A stretch of DNA of 64,000 nucleotides from Calditrichia bacterium (GTDB taxonomy: Bacteria; Calditrichota; Calditrichia; RBG-13-44-9; J075), in NCBI GenBank assembly GCA_050633245.1, contig JBOEGD010000004.1, forward strand, positions 141,866 through 205,865. Direction: 5' to 3'. Positions 8,668 to 16,827 of the stretch are shown one piece after another. The number at the start of each line of letters is the position of its first letter. The stretch's first letter is position 1. A model generated the notes under the pieces. The model made no database searches and was not told the origin of the DNA. It saw only the letters and a list, made by a program, of their open reading frames with translations. Made by a program: the position numbers and the translations under genes.

Positions 8668-10260
8668 TTAGTTCACATCAAAAATTGAAACCCAGCCGTT
8701 ATCCACACCTTGCTTGATGATGCCATCCTGCAGATATTGTATGGCGCCGGTTTCCCATGCGCTGTTGAAGCCTTCTCGCAGCAAGGTTGTTTCAATGGGC
8801 AGCCATATCGAGCTGCTTCCGTTCGGGTTTTCGCGGACGATATATCGCTTTTCGTTACTGCTGATTTGCGATGCATTTTGAGGCGTTACTCCGGTATCGA
8901 GAAGCAGGTATATGTGTGCCAATGTTTCATCCGGATCCTGAACTTGTACAAAGGCTATATCTATTCCCAGACTTTGTAATACAGAGCCATAACAAATTAC
9001 CAAATCATCACAATCGCCACTTCGTAACCCAAGCGTCTCGCCCGCATACTGCACGCGATCATCGCTGTAGAACGGCACCTGTGGATCACTCTGATAGCTT
9101 ATTTTCATGGTGCCGAGAGAGTCGAAAGCCGCTTCGGCAAGCTGTAAGTTTGATGGTTGGGATCCAAGCGCCGAATTTAGATTCCTTCCCAACGTGCGAG
9201 CAAAATTAAAAACCGTCTCGTCTTCGGGCGTTAAGAAAAAGACAAGATTACTTACCGTGCCATCCCAACTGTTTCGGGTATGAACGAACAACTGTTCACT
9301 GATATGTTTGGTTGTCGTTCTGCCAGAGCGCCCTTCAATTTGAATATTCAGCATTGCGGGCTCGCGGGAACTCGACTTGCGATTTGCATCGTCAAAAAAC
9401 ACCTTAACCGGTATGTCCTGCGTCTCGCCCTTTTCCAACTTAACAAAACCACTTTCTCGCTGGCGATATGCGTAGGGAGGAAGTGTTGCGGCCACGTTTA
9501 TTTCGATATCATGTCCGGCTGTATTCTGAATTGTAATCAGAGCGAGCGGATAGTTGTTATAGAATCTCTGATAGGCCGGGTATATGTCTTCTACGATCAG
9601 GCGAGTCTGCTTTACCCGAAACATTTCGCGTTTCTTACCCCACATAAAAACCAGTCCCAGTCCAAACTCCGCTCCGCTTATGTCGGTTTTGGTAGTGAAG
9701 TCTACAAAGTGATAACGTGCGTCCAGGTTGAATCCGATCCAGCTGGTGAACGGAATATTTATTCCTGCTCCCAGATAACCCCCGAAATCGAATTGACTTC
9801 CGGCAGTTACAGATTCTATCTCTTCGCCCAGCTGTTCCTGTACCTCCACCTTTTGTCTCCAGTACCCTCCTGTTCCGGCAGAAATATAAGGCTGAATGCG
9901 GGTGCTGAGTGCCGGTGAGAAGAGATCATAACGAACACCTGCGAGAAGTGGAAACACGACGTCCACATCAACTGACGTACTGAGTGAATCTTCTTCAATA
10001 ATCGTCAGTCTGCTAACGGCTCCGGTGTTAAACTCCATAAACAGTTGATCCTGGATGCGGGAGTGGTAATACAACCATGCACCGACACCTTCAATATTCA
10101 CCCGATCGGGATTAATATCGTCTACGACGACTGAAAATGGATCTCCACCCATATTCCAGTAGCTTGCGCGAAAGCCGAGCCCGGAGTCTCGTTGAATGCC
10201 CTGTGCATGTAGTGACGTCGATAGCATGATTAATAGTCCGATTAGAAGCGATTGTTTCAT
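8668..10260 (-). CDS. Outer-membrane beta-barrel fused to a transglutaminase-like domain
   Basis: Signal peptide; OmpA/OmpW-like barrel strands to GLVFMWG; C-terminal GDCDD...AHIYLLLD...WLPIETT core. Confidence 0.65.
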   Translation of the reverse strand: MKQSLLIGLLIMLSTSLHAQGIQRDSGLGFRASYWNMGGDPFSVVVDDINPDRVNIEGVGAWLYYHSRIQDQLFMEFNTGAVSRLTIIEEDSLSTSVDVDVVFPLLAGVRYDLFSPALSTRIQPYISAGTGGYWRQKVEVQEQLGEEIESVTAGSQFDFGGYLGAGINIPFTSWIGFNLDARYHFVDFTTKTDISGAEFGLGLVFMWGKKREMFRVKQTRLIVEDIYPAYQRFYNNYPLALITIQNTAGHDIEINVAATLPPYAYRQRESGFVKLEKGETQDIPVKVFFDDANRKSSSREPAMLNIQIEGRSGRTTTKHISEQLFVHTRNSWDGTVSNLVFFLTPEDETVFNFARTLGRNLNSALGSQPSNLQLAEAAFDSLGTMKISYQSDPQVPFYSDDRVQYAGETLGLRSGDCDDLVICYGSVLQSLGIDIAFVQVQDPDETLAHIYLLLDTGVTPQNASQISSNEKRYIVRENPNGSSSIWLPIETTLLREGFNSAWETGAIQYLQDGIIKQGVDNGWVSIFDVN

Positions 10261-10324
10261 TTGTTTTTTCCCGTAAGAAAGATTCTGTGTGTTGCAATGA
10301 TCCTTACGGATAAGTTAGCATATG

Positions 10325-10363
10325 GATACAGGAAAACTCAACACTGTTCGTTTTTCCTGTATC
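10325..10363. terminator. Intercistronic 12-bp hairpin
   Basis: gatacaggaaaa / ttttcctgtatc between the two barrel genes. Confidence 0.5.
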
Positions 10364-10377
10364 TCTTCCCGTCAATT

Positions 10378-11073
10378 TTAATACCGACCCCACATGAATG
10401 TCAGACCAAGACTGAAATCCAGCCCGTTTTGATAGATGCTGTTATTGCTTGGAAGATCAATCATATGATAGCGCAGGTCTCCGGTCAGTGCTACATGTCT
10501 ACCCAGCTTAAAATCTGCACCTCCGCCAAAATAGAATCCGGAATACGTTTCAGAAACGCTGCTTACTTCTTCTTCATAATAGAAGTAGTCTTCTATCTCA
10601 ACATCGCTGGTTATGTAGAAGCCACCACCAAACGAAATGAATGGTCGGATACCGGCACGTTGGTTAATTGGAACCATATCGTAGCGGAGACCGAATAATA
10701 ATGGTGCAACCGCATTAACCTTAACCAAATCGAAGTCTGCATATTCTTCGCTTATTTGCACTTTGCCAACTGCGCCAATGGAAACGTCAGCAATTAGCTG
10801 TTCGCCAATACGATTAAAAAAGACCAGGGAACCACCATAACCTTCAATGTTCAGATCGTTTCCATAACGACTGTTGCGAATACGGACACTCGGCTCTCCT
10901 ACAAAGGCATCCCAATAGTTGCCGCGGAAGGTGATTCCAGTGCTCGGAGCAGAATACCCACGCTTATAGCGTTTATCGTGGTGACGTTTATGGTGAAAAT
11001 CCTGAGCAAGCAGATGACTAAACCCGGATAAAAGAACTAAGATTGCCAAGGTGAACTTTAATTGCGTTTTCAT
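10378..11073 (-). CDS. Outer-membrane beta-barrel protein (OmpW/OmpA-like), His-rich N-terminus
   Basis: Signal peptide; IRPFISFGGG, GFYFGGGADF, DLRYH, FSLGLTFMW amphipathic strands; RBS gagg. Confidence 0.75.
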   Translation of the reverse strand: MKTQLKFTLAILVLLSGFSHLLAQDFHHKRHHDKRYKRGYSAPSTGITFRGNYWDAFVGEPSVRIRNSRYGNDLNIEGYGGSLVFFNRIGEQLIADVSIGAVGKVQISEEYADFDLVKVNAVAPLLFGLRYDMVPINQRAGIRPFISFGGGFYITSDVEIEDYFYYEEEVSSVSETYSGFYFGGGADFKLGRHVALTGDLRYHMIDLPSNNSIYQNGLDFSLGLTFMWGRY

Positions 11074-11143
11074 TGTTTATCCCTCATAGTGTGACTTGTA
11101 GATTTTTTTGTGACTTTCAGATTTGAATTCTGTCTGAGGGTAA

Positions 11144-11159
11144 TACAAGCGCGATGCCA
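11144..11159 (-). promoter_or_regulatory. Putative sigma54 (-24/-12) promoter of the barrel/FecR/TBDR operon
   Basis: Minus strand TGGCAT-CGCGC-TTGTA(TTA); -12 region identical to the site at 352-370. Confidence 0.65.
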
Positions 11160-11258
11160 AAAAAGAGAGCTTGTTTGTAAGTTCTTGTTAATATATGGCT
11201 TGTGCGGTGTTTTGTCGAAAGGGAGAGGTGTAAACGAAGTTAACGCCGAGATGCAAGT

Positions 11259-11273
11259 GCGGAAAAATTCCGC
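11259..11273. promoter_or_regulatory. Palindromic enhancer-like site GCGGA-N5-TCCGC (putative UAS)
   Basis: gcggaaaaattccgc, centred about 108 bp upstream of the -24 GG at 11158. Confidence 0.5.
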
Positions 11274-11286
11274 GGAAAAGTGCTTA

Positions 11287-13812
11287 CTAAATTGACGTTT
11301 GTCTTAGATGATCGATCAATTGTTGCAGAAAGGGATGATATGCTTTGGGAAGGCCGCGAAAAGCGGATTGCGCATCCTTGGCAGGATTTTTTAAGAGGTT
11401 GTTTAGATTGCCTAAATAGGCTCGCACTTTATTACCGGCTGCAGTAATTGTTTGTTTATCATTTTCTCCCGCCAGTTTTATGGCTGCCTCATCTATATCG
11501 AAATGGCATTCGGTTAGCGTGCGGAACACGATTCCGCGCAAGTATTCGGTAATGGTTCCCCGGTCGCGGTCTCCCAGTCTGCGGGCTGTTTGCGATATTG
11601 CCGATCGCGAGAACTTTAACTCACGCAGAGACTCAAGGATTTGCTGTTCCAGAGTAAGATATTCGCTTGCAGCAGCTTCTCCTTTGCTAAAGCGGATTTC
11701 TTCAGGTAAATCTTCCTGGCGAATGAGTTTTCTTCCGGCAGAAGCGGCTAACACCAACCCGCGCTGTATAACATTCTCCAGCTCACGAATATTGCCTGGC
11801 CAACTGTAGCGCGTTAATTGATTGAGTGCTTCCTGCGAGATGTTAGAAACTTCCGGGGCTGAAACTCCGGAATGTTTCGCAATAAAATGTGTAACCAACA
11901 GCGGAATATCATCCATACGTTCACGCAGTGGGGGCAATTTGATAGAAACACCGTTGAGGCGATAAAAGAGATCTTTCCGAAAACGCCCAGACTCCACCTC
12001 ATTCTGCGGATTGCGATTTGTAGCAGCAATTACACGCACATCTACCGCCAGAGTTTTTTCACCACCAACCTTCTCGAACGTACCTTCCTGCAATACGCGT
12101 AGTAAACGCGATTGGAATGGTGAATCGGTCTCGGTGATTTCATCGAGAAAAAGGGTTCCCTTATTAGCCAGTTCAAAACGTCCCTTACGCGCAGCGTGTG
12201 CCCCGGTAAAGCTGCCTTTCTCATGACCAAAAAGTTCACTATTCAATAGGTCGGTCGAGAGGGCGCCACAGTTTACCGCAATAAACGCATTGTTCTGCCG
12301 AATGCCTTTGCGATGTAGTTCTTGCGCGATGAGCTCTTTTCCGGTGCCGGTCTCACCAATTATTAATATAGATAAGTCGCTGTCACGAAAGGTATGGATC
12401 ATTTGAAGAACGTCGGCCATTTTTCCGTCAGGGGAGTGGATTATCGATGACGTGTTCTGTGAGGTTTCCGGCATAGAGGCGTTTACTGGCCTACTGGCTG
12501 TTTGTAAATCTCTCAATTCTTTTTCAAGACGTATAATGGTCGCTTTATGCTCCGAAGCTTTTATCTGAAGCTCTTCAGAACGCTCATTGTTTCCTGCCAA
12601 GCTCTCCCGAGCTGTTTGTAATTCAGTTTGCGCAACCTGGAGTTCATATGAACGTTTTACGATAGTTTCTTCTAAAAGACCTGCTTGTTGCAGCGTACTG
12701 CTCAATTTCTGTTTTCGAACCAGAATAAACGCGCCTCCAAAAAGAACAACTGACTGAATAACAGGTATGATAAAAGGAATGATGAGATTGAATTTTACGA
12801 AGGCTGCCACAGATGCAAAAATTACGCAGCATAATGTCGTCAGAAAAAGCAGCAAGGTGCGAAACGGACTGAGATTGAACCTTTGCCAGAAAAATAGACT
12901 GCTGAGTAAAACCAGAAGTATCGCTGATTGCCATAGTGTGTTCATAGAACGAAGTTCATTGTTGTTAATCAAATTCTCGGCGGTAGTAAGGTGAATGAGC
13001 GATGGCGGCAGCTCATTGGCGAGCGGCGTAGCAACGGGACTGATAACGCCGGAGTATACAACGCTTACCAAAACCATCTTATCGGTAAAATTCAGTGAAT
13101 CAGGTTTTTCTTGAAATTGTTTTAACACATCAACAAAGCTGTACTTTTGAACTTGCTCCCACGTACCAAAATGGTTTAGTCTGATTGTCTCGGCGTTAAA
13201 AACGGTCTCGCTGGCTCTTGCCGAGACATCATGACCGGCTTGTTTGAAATAAACTTCTGCGATTGCCTTGCCAAAGGAGGAAAATGTGTTGTTCTGCCAT
13301 GATGTATTGAGTGGTGTTTTAAGTAGTTGAGGTTCGGAGCCAATATTGCTAAAGCCAATTTGTGCAGCACTATTACGAATTTCATCTATTGGGAAAAGAG
13401 GATCGGTAGACTCCTTTGAAGATAAGTCTGCAAAGGCAAATGGTAGCACAGTGGGACCGCCGCTGAAGAAGCGAGATACATCCGAATCAAAAGCATCATT
13501 GGGTGAAGGCCTCTTTAGAAAAAGAATGTCGAATGCGATAACGCGAGCATTGAGTTCGGTTAAGATATGAGCCATGTATCCATAATAGTCTCTCGATACC
13601 GGCCACCCGCCCATATTCTCGATGTCGTCTTTATCAATATAGATGACCACAAAGTTGCTATCGAGCTGCCTCTCTCCGCGCATGTTTAGAAGTAAGCGAG
13701 TTTCGGTATCAAGAGCAGCTTGTTGCAGGTATGTGTTGTTGTTGCTAAATAATATGACTATTAGCATAAACGGAAAAAAGATTACCGGGCCGGAAAATAG
13801 TCGTGCTTTCAA
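11287..13812 (-). CDS. Membrane-anchored sigma54-dependent activator with periplasmic CHASE2 domain
   Basis: VVIYIDKDDIENMGGWPVSR...ARVIAFDILF (CHASE2); three TM helices; coiled coil; AAA+ motifs GETGTGKE, ELFGHEKGSFTGA, LFLDEI, LFYRLN, WPGNIREL; TTG start. Confidence 0.85.
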   Translation of the reverse strand: MKARLFSGPVIFFPFMLIVILFSNNNTYLQQAALDTETRLLLNMRGERQLDSNFVVIYIDKDDIENMGGWPVSRDYYGYMAHILTELNARVIAFDILFLKRPSPNDAFDSDVSRFFSGGPTVLPFAFADLSSKESTDPLFPIDEIRNSAAQIGFSNIGSEPQLLKTPLNTSWQNNTFSSFGKAIAEVYFKQAGHDVSARASETVFNAETIRLNHFGTWEQVQKYSFVDVLKQFQEKPDSLNFTDKMVLVSVVYSGVISPVATPLANELPPSLIHLTTAENLINNNELRSMNTLWQSAILLVLLSSLFFWQRFNLSPFRTLLLFLTTLCCVIFASVAAFVKFNLIIPFIIPVIQSVVLFGGAFILVRKQKLSSTLQQAGLLEETIVKRSYELQVAQTELQTARESLAGNNERSEELQIKASEHKATIIRLEKELRDLQTASRPVNASMPETSQNTSSIIHSPDGKMADVLQMIHTFRDSDLSILIIGETGTGKELIAQELHRKGIRQNNAFIAVNCGALSTDLLNSELFGHEKGSFTGAHAARKGRFELANKGTLFLDEITETDSPFQSRLLRVLQEGTFEKVGGEKTLAVDVRVIAATNRNPQNEVESGRFRKDLFYRLNGVSIKLPPLRERMDDIPLLVTHFIAKHSGVSAPEVSNISQEALNQLTRYSWPGNIRELENVIQRGLVLAASAGRKLIRQEDLPEEIRFSKGEAAASEYLTLEQQILESLRELKFSRSAISQTARRLGDRDRGTITEYLRGIVFRTLTECHFDIDEAAIKLAGENDKQTITAAGNKVRAYLGNLNNLLKNPAKDAQSAFRGLPKAYHPFLQQLIDHLRQTSI

Positions 13813-13897
13813 ACTACAACGCCCCCATAAACGCAGAACGAATACGTTTTGCCTGTGCTTCCGGAGTGATTCTGATTTTCATACATTTCTTGTGCTG

Positions 13898-14314
13898 TCA
13901 TGCAGAAGCCGAAGAGATTTCCCGTGAGTTGTTAATCACCGAAATTTGATCGTTCAGGTTCCAATAGTCGTATAAATACCCAACCAAAAACAAACCGCCG
14001 GTCAGTAGGTATAGTATACCGGTAAACCATTTCTCCATATACATGCGATGCACACCAAATAAGCCCAGAAAGGTTAACAAGACCCAGGCTACGGTGTAGT
14101 CAATTTCTCCATCTTGAAAGCGGGCTGTTGCCTGCTCCTTCAAGGTTGGCATCAGAAACAAATCAACTATCCAACCGATCAGAAAGAGACCAAATGTAAA
14201 GAAATAAATTGTGCCAGAGATGGGGTTCCCATAGTAGAAACGATGCGAACCGGTAAATCCGAATATCCATAAAATGTATCCAATACCCAGACTGTGACTT
14301 TGATTGCCAATCAT
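13898..14314 (-). CDS. TM2/NINE domain membrane protein
   Basis: Two TM2 repeats: GYILWIFGFTGSHRFY and LLTFLGLFGVHRMY. Confidence 0.85.
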   Translation of the reverse strand: MIGNQSHSLGIGYILWIFGFTGSHRFYYGNPISGTIYFFTFGLFLIGWIVDLFLMPTLKEQATARFQDGEIDYTVAWVLLTFLGLFGVHRMYMEKWFTGILYLLTGGLFLVGYLYDYWNLNDQISVINNSREISSASA

Positions 14315-14366
14315 TATACTGATCTCCTTTTTGCCAGACTACGGTGGGAATCGATTGAAGTTTACT

Positions 14367-15197
14367 TTAACGTAGATTGAACCGAAGTCTAAGGCTGGTT
14401 TGAATATCACCCTGCGTATCGACATTGATGGTTGGCTGTACGTAGGGGCTACGAAATGCATCCAAAACGGTTAACCCCCAGGCTATGCCAGTTGACAGAA
14501 GCAGGGTCTTGCGTTTTTTTTGGCGATCATTATACGTCTTGTAAAGCTGGTCTATTTCAGGAAAGAAAGTTGCAGCTGTATAGACTTTCTTCGCATCACT
14601 TTCTTTTAACCAAACATAAGCGGTTGCGGCAATCAAACCGGAAACTGTGCCAGCAAAGAAAATCGAGCGGGTCTTGTGTCCTTTTTGCCACTGGCCAAGG
14701 CCGGGGAGTAACAGGCTGCGCACTCCGGCAGAAGGTCTGATATCTGGAACAGCCAGCTTTTCTTTAATGGTAATTGGAGACTCTGGCTCTTCTGTCGGTT
14801 GCTGCAGGCGTTTAATGTGAACAAAATCTTTACGGACATCTTCAAAAAAGCGCAGAATCTTAGGCGATGTTCTTATTGGGTCGAGATTGGCATTCTCATT
14901 TAGATTCAGAAGATTGATAAAGTGCTGCTTCGATGAATCCAGCTGAGCTGTATGAAAGAATGATATAGCCAGGGTCTCATGAGCCAGTTCTGCTGTCTGT
15001 TTGAGAAGGTCTGGAAATTGAAGCAATTTGTGTCCATGATGAAGTGCTTCTTCAAAATCTGCGGCCTTCAGTGCCGAATCCATTGCCTCTTTGTATTGCT
15101 CAATTGTCTGCGACTTTGCCGTCGATAGAAATAACAGAAGCAATATTAGAGGCATTATCGTTTTTGTAATCGCACTTGCACGATGCTGAATAGTCAT
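14367..15197 (-). CDS. Exported TPR-like protein with DUF5683-like C-terminal region
   Basis: Signal peptide; TPR-like helices ending LDP..TSPKI..FF; RSLLLPGLGQW motif. Confidence 0.6.
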   Translation of the reverse strand: MTIQHRASAITKTIMPLILLLLFLSTAKSQTIEQYKEAMDSALKAADFEEALHHGHKLLQFPDLLKQTAELAHETLAISFFHTAQLDSSKQHFINLLNLNENANLDPIRTSPKILRFFEDVRKDFVHIKRLQQPTEEPESPITIKEKLAVPDIRPSAGVRSLLLPGLGQWQKGHKTRSIFFAGTVSGLIAATAYVWLKESDAKKVYTAATFFPEIDQLYKTYNDRQKKRKTLLLSTGIAWGLTVLDAFRSPYVQPTINVDTQGDIQTSLRLRFNLR

Positions 15198-15204
15198 AGC
15201 CGCT

Positions 15205-16827
15205 TCAAGGAGTTAACGTTATTTTTTTTCGAGTTACCTGATCTGCTATAATACTGATGCTGTCCGACCACGTCTGGAAGTTCGGATTGCTCAACATTAG
15301 CAAATGTCTGCCCTGCGGAAGCTCGAGTGGTTGAGAAAGAGGCGTTGTCTCGATAAACCGCCCGTTGCAGTGTACGTTTGCCCAGGGAATAACAGTCAGA
15401 TCAAGATAACCGAGAAGAGGCGATAAATCAATAGCAAGTGAGTCCGTTCTGGCTGATTGAATACTTAGGCTGTCGCTATAAGTGCTGAAGTTTGGGTTGC
15501 GAATTTCTATTGAATGTCGTCCTGCCGGCAACTCGATAGGCTCCATCATAGGCGTAGTATCGTATTCAATACCGTTGAGATAGATTACTCCCCATGGATT
15601 ACATAAAACATGCAGAAAACCGTTTTCTGCCTGAGCTAAAATGGGCTCCTTCTTTGCCACCGCCAGCGTATCACGTACTGTTGTCATCGGTTCCCCTCTT
15701 TTTAAAGATGGCTCTTTAGGATTTATTTCAGTCTGAGACGTTTCAATGAGTGTCTCAACGTCAGGTTCCTCAAGTGGGTTCTGATTGGATAGTGTGTCCG
15801 GCATTATCATTTCAGTCTGTTTATCTGCTCTGCTATGCACAGGTGTGCGCCATTGATGTGCCGCAATTGCAATAAACAAGGACGACAGCAGAATTCCGAC
15901 CATCAGAAGTAGCTTTCCGCCACTAAAAGTGTTTTCGAATGAGGAAATATCCCTTCCCTGCCGAGGCATTGAATTGTTGACATGCGGAGCTGCCACAAGC
16001 TTGGCAATGCGCGGGCTGTCGGGGTTCGTCTCGGATGTATCGAATCTCACCAAAAGCTCACTGGCTGTGCCAGGTCGTAGAGTCACATCTTTTTGCAGCA
16101 TGTCCATGACCAAATTGCTAAACCAGTCTGGCAGTTCTGGTCGCAGTTGATTCGGGGCAGGGGGTACGTTATTTAAAATTTGCTGCATGCACTCTCCGGC
16201 GCTTTTTGCAGCGAAGGGAGATTCACCAACGGCCATTTCGTAAAAGGTAATTCCGCAGCTAAACAGATCGCTGGAAGATGATATTGCGCTACCGCTGATT
16301 TGCTCCGGCGACATATATGCAGGTGTTCCCACGGTGCCATACTGAGCTGTTACCTTTGGTAAATCTGCTACTGTTGCAAGACCAAAATCAACTATTTGAG
16401 CTCGTCCCTCCGAGCTAATTAAAATATTGGCTGGCTTTATATCCCGATGAATAACCTTATGATCGTGCGCATAGTGCAATCCGGAAAGAATTCCACGCGA
16501 AATGCTGCAAATAATATCGAAGGGCAGGGGAGAGTGCAGCTGAATAAACTCATCTAACGGATTACCTTCAACAAATTCGATAATCATATAGAGGGCATCT
16601 TTTTCGGTGCCGACATCGAAAATACTGATTATATTGGGATGTTTAAGACGAGCACAAATCAGTGCCTCGCGGCGAAAGCGTTCAACGAGCTCATCATCTT
16701 TTTGCCATTGGGTGTTGAGAACCTTTATAAGAACGGGTCTGTCTAATGCCGACTGTTTTCCGCGATATACCGTGGTTATTGGACCGCGACTGAGTTCATC
16801 AAGTAGTTCGAAACCCTCAATCTTCAT
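15205..16827 (-). CDS. Hanks-type Ser/Thr protein kinase with TM helix and two PEGA-like domains
   Basis: VLIK, HPNII, HRDIKPANIL, DFGLA, GTPAYMSPEQ; TM near aa 305-325; two PW...TTP...LP.GRH repeats. Confidence 0.9.
   Translation of the reverse strand: MKIEGFELLDELSRGPITTVYRGKQSALDRPVLIKVLNTQWQKDDELVERFRREALICARLKHPNIISIFDVGTEKDALYMIIEFVEGNPLDEFIQLHSPLPFDIICSISRGILSGLHYAHDHKVIHRDIKPANILISSEGRAQIVDFGLATVADLPKVTAQYGTVGTPAYMSPEQISGSAISSSSDLFSCGITFYEMAVGESPFAAKSAGECMQQILNNVPPAPNQLRPELPDWFSNLVMDMLQKDVTLRPGTASELLVRFDTSETNPDSPRIAKLVAAPHVNNSMPRQGRDISSFENTFSGGKLLLMVGILLSSLFIAIAAHQWRTPVHSRADKQTEMIMPDTLSNQNPLEEPDVETLIETSQTEINPKEPSLKRGEPMTTVRDTLAVAKKEPILAQAENGFLHVLCNPWGVIYLNGIEYDTTPMMEPIELPAGRHSIEIRNPNFSTYSDSLSIQSARTDSLAIDLSPLLGYLDLTVIPWANVHCNGRFIETTPLSQPLELPQGRHLLMLSNPNFQTWSDSISIIADQVTRKKITLTP

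Noticed and set aside
9280-9918. 212-aa plus-strand ORF (and other antisense ORFs such as 10252-10698, 50088-50558, 58565-58990)
   Set aside because: Shadow frames fully overlapping well-supported genes, with no recognisable motifs or RBS
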